Shown here: in pieces, positions 56,868 to 64,000 of the stretch
How the letters are laid out: every line of letters begins with the position of its first letter
How positions within the stretch are numbered: position 1 is the first letter of the stretch
Notes under the pieces: model-generated
Database searches by the model: none
Told to the model about the DNA's origin: nothing
What the model saw: the letters and a program-made list of their open reading frames with translations, nothing else
Virus record (IMG/VR): IMGVR_UViG_3300028832_000135
Coordinates: 6,057 to 70,056 of that record
From: a virus
Lineage: Duplodnaviria; Caudoviricetes
DNA: 64,000 nucleotides
Strand: one strand, 5' to 3'
Made by a program: the position numbers and the translations under genes

Positions 56868-57272
56868 TTATACCTTAACTACTCTTACTGAAATGTTATT
56901 TACTACGCCCGCACCCGCGACTAATACAACCGTAATAGATGATGCACCGTCACATTTACAACCAAGCCTTACTGTCGTATTGATTGGAAGTGTTGTTGAG
57001 TTCCCGACGGTACTTACCGAATTGGTTGCCGTTGCTCCCGGAATGACTACACCGTTCTTGAGAACTGATACGGTTACATTCCCGGTTGCGGTCGGTGTTG
57101 CGGTAACATCAACATCTATTGTGTAATATCCCTCACCAACAAGTTCTATGGCGTTACCGTTAAGTCTGCAGTTACAACCAAACCTACGAAGTACCGAGCC
57201 AAGAGAGATGTCACTACCTACGGCTACGGTCTGTTGACTTATGTTTGATGTCTGAATAAGTGATTTGCTCAT
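56868..57272 (-). CDS. Beta-rich jelly-roll protein (BclA-C/C1q-like)
   Basis: GYYTIDVDVT...NGVVIPGATATNS; T/V-rich. Confidence 0.5.
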   Translation of the reverse strand: MSKSLIQTSNISQQTVAVGSDISLGSVLRRFGCNCRLNGNAIELVGEGYYTIDVDVTATPTATGNVTVSVLKNGVVIPGATATNSVSTVGNSTTLPINTTVRLGCKCDGASSITVVLVAGAGVVNNISVRVVKV

Positions 57273-57296
57273 AATATCTCTCCTTATAAAAATATA

Positions 57297-57319
57297 GGGT
57301 GACGGTCTATCCGCCACCC
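57297..57319 (-). terminator. Intergenic hairpin/terminator
   Basis: GGGTGGCGG/CCGTCACCC followed by TATATTTT. Confidence 0.6.
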
Positions 57320-57340
57320 ATTAACCTCGTCAAGATGACG

Positions 57341-58033
57341 TTAGATGTTATTACAACCGCAACCGCAGAATGGGTTACAACCGCTTGAGTAAGTTGAACT
57401 CATAGGGTATCTCACAACACCTGCAACTGCGTTCTGTAATTGCAATGCGTTGACCTGGTTCTGTAATGCCTCGATTTTGTCTTGAGCAAGAGCGTCAAGT
57501 ATCTTCTGTGTCTGTGCCGTTGTGTTGGCGTTGATAGATGCCGTATTCATTGCCGCATCATACCTGTTCTGTGCTAACAAAGCGTCTGTGTTAGCAGATG
57601 TGGACTGAATGAGCATCTTTGTATCGCAACAACAAGCGTTCTGATTTGCAAGCATATTAGCCTGACCAACCGCAAGACTCGCCATATCTCTTGCCGTTTC
57701 ATTGTAAAGACTCTGCATTGCGGCCAAACTATCGTGGAATGTCTGGTTGGTTGCGGCTACACTCTGTGCTGTCCCGGCATTTACCGCAGCGAGAATGTCA
57801 CGGGTCTGTGCCTGAAGATTTTGGTTGTCGAAACCTCTCTGCACCTCATTGCTTGTTGCAAGGTTCTCATAGCCGATAGCATTGGCAAGATTATTATTGC
57901 CAAAACCAAAGCCGTTACCGCCAAGCATAGCAAGGATAAGAAGTGCAAAAATCCAAAAACCACCATTGCCAAAGCCGTCCATACCGCTATTTCCGATAGG
58001 CATTACTGGTGTAATTCCTGTACCGTTTTCCAT
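57341..58033 (-). CDS. Gly-rich TM + coiled-coil + Cys-rich C-terminus protein
   Basis: GGFWIFALLILAMLGG; ACCCD; GCNPFCGCGC. Confidence 0.8.
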   Translation of the reverse strand: MENGTGITPVMPIGNSGMDGFGNGGFWIFALLILAMLGGNGFGFGNNNLANAIGYENLATSNEVQRGFDNQNLQAQTRDILAAVNAGTAQSVAATNQTFHDSLAAMQSLYNETARDMASLAVGQANMLANQNACCCDTKMLIQSTSANTDALLAQNRYDAAMNTASINANTTAQTQKILDALAQDKIEALQNQVNALQLQNAVAGVVRYPMSSTYSSGCNPFCGCGCNNI

Positions 58034-58179
58034 AGTATTTCTCCTCTCTTGTTTTATTTGTTCTATTGTTGCAACTAATAGAGAACTTGATTACAATAGA
58101 GGTGTGAATGATTGGACATAATCATTTACCTCCTACGTTAGCACCCACGGGTAATTTCAGGCACTACCCGTGGGTTGTA

Positions 58180-58796
58180 TTATTTGAGCATACCAAGCAC
58201 ATCATTGGGGTCAATTCCATTGGCCTCTGCGTACTTGTAAAAGGCTGTTTTAGGGTCTCCGCCATATTGATTAATAATCTGTCTTACCTGTGGGTTCTGT
58301 GACATCATTTGATTGACAAGAGCGTTAGGATTGCTTGCCGACTTGAACATTTGAGCCATTTGTTTTGCTTGTCCTATCCTGCTCATATTTGACTGGTTTA
58401 GGGTTTGTAAAATGGGGTTCATTGTTTAACATCTCCTCAATCTTTGATATGCGTTGTTCCAGGGACCAGGTATCAACCGGGGGCAACTCCTGGTGTAGTT
58501 GAATATCATATGCCGTCACGGTCTTATACCCTGCACCGTCCGTCTGTGCCAAGTAAACTATCGGCTCGGTTTCATCTAACAGAAGAGCAGATGAATTTGG
58601 GTTCATATGATAAGCGTCAGCTCCGTTCCGTCCGTGTACTTTGATTATTTGTGGAGTCATCTGATATTGATAAGGGTTTGCGTATGAATAGGGTGTTTGA
58701 TACATCATCTTCTCCTCTCAAGCACATTAAAGCGGGCATCACATCACAATGCTTTTGTTCCATTATGGCTAATAGTAATTCACTGATGTCCTGCAT
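58180..58796 (-). CDS. Three overlapping small ORFs (58180-58422, 58325-58708, 58617-58796)
   Basis: ORF track plus manual translation of the 59-aa MQDISELL ORF; SDs present. Confidence 0.7.
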
Positions 58797-58828
58797 AAGT
58801 CTTTCTCCTTAAGGCAATAATACAAAGA

Positions 58829-58932
58829 AAAGAGCAACCGTATTTCTACGATTACTCTTTGAAAATTGCACGAAAATTGTATGAAAATTAAAGACCGCCC
58901 GTGGTACGCATTGTTAAGAGGCGTGGGCGGTT
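58829..58932 (-). promoter_or_regulatory. Hairpin - three AATTTTC direct repeats (11-bp period) - terminator
   Basis: GAAAATT at 58861, 58872, 58883; stems at 58893-58932 and 58829-58860. Confidence 0.65.
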
Positions 58933-58942
58933 CATATTTATA

Positions 58943-59149
58943 TTATAGCACTTTTAATATTTTTGTCTTTACAGACTTTGCAAGTTTGTTTACCTTTCCC
59001 TCTGATACGTTCATTTGAATAGCGATTTGAAGATTAGTGTAATGTTTGGCACGAAGATTGAAGTATTCCATTTCATCTGCACTAAAATTACACTCTTTAC
59101 GAAATTTCTCTAACTCGCTCTCAACGAAATCGTATATCGGGAAACTCAT
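58943..59149 (-). CDS. Stand-alone LuxR/GerE-type HTH regulator
   Basis: FSADEMEYFNLRAKHYTNLQIAIQMNVSEGKV. Confidence 0.75.
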   Translation of the reverse strand: MSFPIYDFVESELEKFRKECNFSADEMEYFNLRAKHYTNLQIAIQMNVSEGKVNKLAKSVKTKILKVL

Positions 59150-59155
59150 AGTCTA

Positions 59156-59983
59156 TCAATCAAGATAGTCCATACAAACCCACATATTATCTCCAATACG
59201 ACCCCAACCATCTTCAATCTCAAAGACATAGACAGTTGCACCGTCAAGAAGTTCCCCAATCTTATCGTTGTCTGTACTCGGTCCAGTTCTGATATTGAGG
59301 AATGAGCCAACATTGACTGTATATTTCGTGTAATCAGCACTTGGTGTAGGCTCTGGGTCAGGAATAGGCTGATTGATTGTATCATCACTTGCAGTAAGTT
59401 CATAGCCATCAAAACGAGGGTGACCGAAACCTGCTATCTTGTTACCAAACTCCGAATAGGGATAGAACTTGTTTTGTGTCTTTCCACCATTTGTGTTTGC
59501 CTCTGTAACGTAAACACCTTCGTCGTCCCAATCATAGCAACCACCAGTATGATAATAAACCATTCTGCCCTTATCTTCGTCCCATTTCCAGAAGAAGATT
59601 TGGTCTCCTACAACAAGGTCTTGTGGGTCTGTGAACCAAGCACCATTATCTTTATAAACCTGTACTTGTTGCTCACAACCAGCGGCCGTACAACAACTGT
59701 CTGATTGATACATAAACCAGTGTGTTGCCCATTTTCTATCATCATCAGTAATATCACCATCATCGGTAATTACATTCACAAAGAGCCAATAGCAATATGC
59801 AATAGCACAGAAATCTACTGCACCATTCTTCTTTCCACAACCTGTGAAAAAGTCGCACTGGTCAAGTCGCTCTGCGTACTTATTCCAATAGCCATCAGAT
59901 TGATAACCACTTTCTCCATCTTCACGCATTGTGTCAGCACAAGGTTTTCTGAATAAACTTGCCATACATTGTTCCTCCATCAA
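59156..59983 (-). CDS. Endolysin, CHAP-like amidase + SH3b
   Basis: FCAI...HTG...EAN catalytic pattern; LNIRTGPS...GWGRI. Confidence 0.9.
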   Translation of the reverse strand: MMEEQCMASLFRKPCADTMREDGESGYQSDGYWNKYAERLDQCDFFTGCGKKNGAVDFCAIAYCYWLFVNVITDDGDITDDDRKWATHWFMYQSDSCCTAAGCEQQVQVYKDNGAWFTDPQDLVVGDQIFFWKWDEDKGRMVYYHTGGCYDWDDEGVYVTEANTNGGKTQNKFYPYSEFGNKIAGFGHPRFDGYELTASDDTINQPIPDPEPTPSADYTKYTVNVGSFLNIRTGPSTDNDKIGELLDGATVYVFEIEDGWGRIGDNMWVCMDYLD

Positions 59984-60255
59984 TTAGTTATAAGTGTCTT
60001 AAACTTTTTGACAACTTGATTTACACCAGTTGCGGCAAGACCAGAAAATCCACCAATAACACTTGCAGTAAGCCAATTATCAGCGGGTATGAGATTAGGA
60101 ATTGTATAGAATGATACAAGACCTAAAATAAGTCCGATTATCGCACAAATGCCCGGAATGAAATTATCAAGTTTGTCGTTTTTGAATAACTTAATAATAA
60201 AGCCTACGAGATAACAAAAACCTACGATTACAGGAACAGTTACAATCTCTGTCAT
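59980..60255 (-). CDS. Holin
   Basis: Three TM segments; GGFSGLAATGVNQ. Confidence 0.9.
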   Translation of the reverse strand: MTEIVTVPVIVGFCYLVGFIIKLFKNDKLDNFIPGICAIIGLILGLVSFYTIPNLIPADNWLTASVIGGFSGLAATGVNQVVKKFKTLITN

Positions 60256-60374
60256 TTTTTGTTCTCCTTTCTTTCTGTGTATAACATAAATATTGCACCA
60301 CCACTTAGTACGATAACAAATATCATCGTTGCAATGACTGTAAGTATCTCATAATCAATAGCAAGGTTAATCAT
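60252..60374 (-). CDS. 40-aa single-TM peptide
   Basis: Manually translated MINLAIDYEILTVIATMIFVIVLSGGAIFMLYTERKENKK; ATGA overlaps on both sides. Confidence 0.55.
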   Translation of the reverse strand: MINLAIDYEILTVIATMIFVIVLSGGAIFMLYTERKENKK

Positions 60375-60744
60375 TACTTAAGTATATCCTTTTATATTCT
60401 GACTTAATGTATTGGCTTGCCATTACTGTTAAGCCGTTCTTAAAGCCGGGGTGAAGTTCACAATACTTCTCATAGGTGTCTATGTCTTGTATCTGTTGCT
60501 CAAAGTATTCTTTTGAGTGGTGTACCATTCCCGACCTCTGCTCATCTGCAAAGCGGAGTATGTGAGTTCTTGCGAGTGTGGCTTTGTGTTCTTCAAATGC
60601 CTCACTTAAATTATCTATCTTTTTCTCCACATTCTTTTTGGTATCTGCTCTTTGTACCATAAACTGAATGAAAGAGAATATGGCGTTACTCCCCACTACC
60701 GCTATTACAATCTCTGCTACCGTATCTAACATACTCACCACCAC
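60367..60744 (-). CDS. Holin-like / lysis-associated membrane protein
   Basis: N-terminal TM; RTHILRF...DID.YE.YC..HP.FKN pattern. Confidence 0.7.
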   Translation of the reverse strand: MVVSMLDTVAEIVIAVVGSNAIFSFIQFMVQRADTKKNVEKKIDNLSEAFEEHKATLARTHILRFADEQRSGMVHHSKEYFEQQIQDIDTYEKYCELHPGFKNGLTVMASQYIKSEYKRIYLSND

Positions 60745-60763
60745 CTTTCTTACTTACAGTATA

Positions 60764-62341
60764 TCATTCCGCAGCTTGTTCTGTGAGTGTGTAGGTAACT
60801 GTCATTGACTGAGTTGCGTCTTTTGTTTCTTCGTGCTCAAGATTAAACAAGGTTGTATTTACCATTTTGTTAGCGAGGATATATCTGCTCAAAGATGTTG
60901 GAGTAGAATGGTCGCCAGCACCAATAGGTACAACATAACTCGAAATTCTGTTAGGGGTACTAAATGCCCAAGTTCCCGCAAATGTGTTATAACCTGTGCT
61001 ATTTGAGAAATCAAGAAGATAATTATTAGCACAAGTATAACCAACACCACCGTTTACAACTCTACCACCATTAATGATAATGCCGCCGCCTGTCATAGCA
61101 CATCTAAAGTGTTTTTGAGAGGCATTAAATGTCGCAAGAGTATGTTGGTCTGATGTATCGCTAAAGTTGATTTGCTTTATGCCATTTACATTTTGACCGA
61201 AATCTCTATCAGACGCATTACCCCAAGAAACTCCACTTGTTGTAGGGAAACAGAAATAATTATCAATCTTCAAGATATTGCCACTAATATACATATCTTT
61301 CCAACCTGATTGCGGAACATGGCACATAGCAAGCGGGGCAATATTAGATGTATCACTTGTTACTGTACCCTCACTGTCAAGTTCTTCATTTTCGCAATCA
61401 ATAACCGCATAGTTAATGTCAGCGGCACTATAACTCTCACTTCCGCTCATTACAGAAGTTACATTATTAAATATCCACAACTTCTTATTATCGTAATCAA
61501 AATACCACGCTGGTTGTAAGTATAGATTATTTGTGAGGTCGATAACAAAACTTCTCTGATAAGTTGTATCGGCGTTTTCTGTATCGTATAAGCCGACTCT
61601 CTTATAAGGCAACTTACGAATGATAACCGTGAGTTTTTTCGTTGCAAAGTTAGTATGTCCTGAATAAAATTCACTTGCATCTCCAATATGGAACCATAAG
61701 CCGTGGCTCTCATCATATTGACAAAAGATGTTATTTGCCGAGTTGACCGCAACAAAGAGATTAGAAAGTCCCTCACTTATAGGTGCAAAAGGCTCAAAAT
61801 TTGCAAATGCGTTACTTACCGCACCTGTTCCTGCATTACCAACATCTTTGTGCGTAAGAGATAATGACAAAATTTTGCCGTTGCCTTGTGTAGAACCCCA
61901 CTCCCAACCTTGCTTAACAGAGTTCTCGGTAAAGACTTGTTGAGCCGTGTTCGGTGAGCCTCTTTTTTTATCATCTGCATAATCTGACGGAGCGGTAGGA
62001 CCAGCGTGAGCCGTCAACTCTTGAATGTCATTACCACGAATGAAGTAATCAGAGGGGTCTAACGCATTATTTACAAGAGGGTGTGCTTGCTTATAACAGA
62101 GTATTCCGCCATACCAGGTTGACCATAATGGTGCAAGTGAGCCAACATTAAGTGCGGACATAACATTATTTGCAAGAATATCACGAACCGCATATGTAAC
62201 TGTATTATCGCCTTCGTGTACGATTGTCTTGCCTGTACGACAATTATGTAATTCAAGTCGAACATGACCTTTTAATTGACGCATTTTAAGTTCACCGAAT
62301 GTTTCTCTCACATAATCATCTTTTATCTTTATACGACCCAT
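60764..62341 (-). CDS. Tail/baseplate or receptor-binding protein
   Basis: KGHVRLEL...DNTVT...GGILCY...AHAG...WEWGSTQGNG...SLTH...TMTVTYTL-like end; position before lysis. Confidence 0.7.
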   Translation of the reverse strand: MGRIKIKDDYVRETFGELKMRQLKGHVRLELHNCRTGKTIVHEGDNTVTYAVRDILANNVMSALNVGSLAPLWSTWYGGILCYKQAHPLVNNALDPSDYFIRGNDIQELTAHAGPTAPSDYADDKKRGSPNTAQQVFTENSVKQGWEWGSTQGNGKILSLSLTHKDVGNAGTGAVSNAFANFEPFAPISEGLSNLFVAVNSANNIFCQYDESHGLWFHIGDASEFYSGHTNFATKKLTVIIRKLPYKRVGLYDTENADTTYQRSFVIDLTNNLYLQPAWYFDYDNKKLWIFNNVTSVMSGSESYSAADINYAVIDCENEELDSEGTVTSDTSNIAPLAMCHVPQSGWKDMYISGNILKIDNYFCFPTTSGVSWGNASDRDFGQNVNGIKQINFSDTSDQHTLATFNASQKHFRCAMTGGGIIINGGRVVNGGVGYTCANNYLLDFSNSTGYNTFAGTWAFSTPNRISSYVVPIGAGDHSTPTSLSRYILANKMVNTTLFNLEHEETKDATQSMTVTYTLTEQAAE

Positions 62342-62385
62342 TTTTAACTCCTTTCGTTATTCAACATAACTTCAATTTTGCCGAA

Positions 62386-62803
62386 TTAGTATTGCCACCA
62401 CTCTTTCAACCCTTTTATGATTGACTTGTTAGGTATGAAATACAAAAATGTCATACCGACAATCTGAAAAATAATCATAAAGCAAGGTATAAGAATTGCA
62501 ATTAGTTCTGTCATACATTCACCTCAATTTTGCCGAATTGCATTTATAGCAACCTTGAAATACTCAATGATTGTATTGTCAACTGAAATGCAAACGTGAT
62601 TTTCTGCACCATAAGAAACAGTGTCCTCAAAAAATTTCAATGCTTCTTTTTCAAATTCATCCATACATTCACTCCCTTAAATTTGCTTGCATATTACAAA
62701 TGGCAATTTCCAATGCAAGCCTAATTTCTTCATCAGTGTATTTATCCGTTTTTTTATTCCGCCTCAATTCACCTAATATTTCAATCGCTTTTTCAATAGT
62801 CAT
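62386..62803 (-). CDS. Three tiny inserted ORFs (62386-62514 TM 42 aa; 62524-62664 46 aa; 62669-62803 44 aa)
   Basis: Manually translated; each preceded by G(G/A)GTGAATGTATG. Confidence 0.6.
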
Positions 62804-62815
62804 ACATTCACCACC

Positions 62816-62992
62816 TTATTTTGTGTATTCAATAATCAATTCTTCGGGTAATTCTTGTCCCGTCTTAATTAAATAACCTTTACAACCACATTTACATTCA
62901 CAATCCTTTAACCATAATTCTGTCGGTCTAACATTTATAAATCTTGCAAGGCATTTAATACAAATCAATTCTTCGACTGCATATTCTTCCAT
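62816..62992 (-). CDS. 58-aa Cys-rich protein, copy 2
   Basis: Same protein as 43527-43703. Confidence 0.75.
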   Translation of the reverse strand: MEEYAVEELICIKCLARFINVRPTELWLKDCECKCGCKGYLIKTGQELPEELIIEYTK

Positions 62993-63741
62993 TATGCCAC
63001 CGCCTTGCCTACTGACAGTAAGAATTTAACTTTCGTATCACCATTAGTGTCACACCAAATATTGTTTTCGTTTAGTAATGCAGTTATCTGTGTTGCAGAT
63101 AACTGTATGACTTGTGGTTGTGCCAATTTATAAACAATCTGATTGCCTGACATTCCCGTTTTGAAGTCGCTTGCCGTTGTATAATCACTGTCAAGAACAT
63201 AGGCATTACAACCCACAGTCCAATAAGCACCAACCGCCATAATCATATCGGCACCACTCGCACTTAACGCACCATTATTGACAATAGGAAATACAGAACA
63301 AGCCGCATTACCTATACCGCTCGCCCCACCAATAGCCTCGCCGTCTGAAAGATTAGCACGGAAACCGCTATTACTACCAAATGTAAATGAGCTCCAATAT
63401 AACGAACCCATATCGACAACTTTGTCGGTAATAGTCAAAACACCCGTTGATACATTCAACGTACCTTTAGCAACATTCTGACCAAACGGAATATTATAAA
63501 CAGTCGGGTTGCTCGTATCTGCACCGCTATGATTTAAATTAAGGGCATTATAAACTGTAATAGGCAACGGGTTTGACGGACTTGGTGTACCGCTTGCCTG
63601 ACTATACTGAATATCGCAAACAACCTCAATTAAATCTTCGGTTAAGTCAGTTTCAAAACTTGCCGTGCTACCGCTTGCCGTGCCCACTGTCGGCAAGGCT
63701 TTTATTGCATTGTCTAATACATTAGTGTGGAAATATGCCAT
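62992..63741 (-). CDS. Tail fibre-associated protein
   Basis: GTLNVSTGVLT...NPIVY.LA.P..I.L..TQI..L.G.NNIW-like C-terminal pattern. Confidence 0.7.
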   Translation of the reverse strand: MAYFHTNVLDNAIKALPTVGTASGSTASFETDLTEDLIEVVCDIQYSQASGTPSPSNPLPITVYNALNLNHSGADTSNPTVYNIPFGQNVAKGTLNVSTGVLTITDKVVDMGSLYWSSFTFGSNSGFRANLSDGEAIGGASGIGNAACSVFPIVNNGALSASGADMIMAVGAYWTVGCNAYVLDSDYTTASDFKTGMSGNQIVYKLAQPQVIQLSATQITALLNENNIWCDTNGDTKVKFLLSVGKAVA

Positions 63742-63998
63742 TATGATACCCTCACTTTCACGGAAATATCAGACGCTTGAGCAAGGAATGACAAGGTTAT
63801 CGAACCCGTTGCAACAACCGCATTTGTCGGCTGTATGCCGAAAACATCTGTATATATGTCGATGGTGCTTGTGGTCGTGATTGCATCGTCAGTAAGGGTT
63901 AATGTTGTATTGCCTGCTGTAAGTGTGTCCGTCAGATCAGTAAAACCTATAAAACCTTCATCATTAACCAGATCAGATAAGTTTTCCGGTATTGTAGG
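63741..63998 (-). CDS. Tail fibre protein C-terminus (partial)
   Basis: PTIPENLSDLVNDEGF repeat; Thr-rich; TAATG-coupled. Confidence 0.7.
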   Translation of the reverse strand, partial: PTIPENLSDLVNDEGFIGFTDLTDTLTAGNTTLTLTDDAITTTSTIDIYTDVFGIQPTNAVVATGSITLSFLAQASDISVKVRVS

Positions 63999-64000
63999 TG

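Noticed and set aside
60764-64000. Diversity-generating retroelement or invertible tail-fibre cassette
   Set aside because: No reverse transcriptase or invertase in the window; the duplicated 177-bp gene differs at non-adenine-specific synonymous sites

Overview
This window is a 64-kb stretch of one tailed dsDNA phage (siphovirus-like, A118/SPP1-type head and tail). The host is probably a Clostridia/Firmicutes gut or rumen bacterium (inference from SD sequences, sigma-A-type promoters and protein families). Every supportable gene is on the minus strand. In transcription order (high to low coordinates): tail fibre end; tail protein; lysis genes; a LuxR/GerE-HTH-led cassette of uncharacterised genes; early and replication region (SNF2 helicase, initiator, DnaC-like loader, DnaB, primase, SSB, PolA, beta-like clamp, DnaX/HolA/HolB-like clamp loader, RecA, RecU, Cas4-like nuclease); shuffled arrays of small Zn-ribbon genes; tRNA-Gln; DNA-modification genes; terminase; head genes; tail genes up to the tape-measure N-terminus. 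No integrase was seen. Most striking observations: (1) Two arrays of putative virion-loaded effectors flank the terminase, each with its own shared N-terminal tag (GRWVTxNGRHIFI...KQExEI; MGS[T/S]G). Their C-termini vary (zincin, JAB, two different ADP-ribosyltransferase-like domains), several are followed by small peptides, and no MuF protein is present. (2) A C5 methyltransferase is split into nine overlapping ORFs, most carrying one TRD-like repeat, with an in-frame TAG-TAA pair inside motif I. (3) A ~780-nt structured non-coding region lies upstream of the tRNA. (4) LF-type clamp-binding-like motifs occur on PolA and on the DNA-modification enzymes. All family assignments are by motif recognition only; no database search was run.
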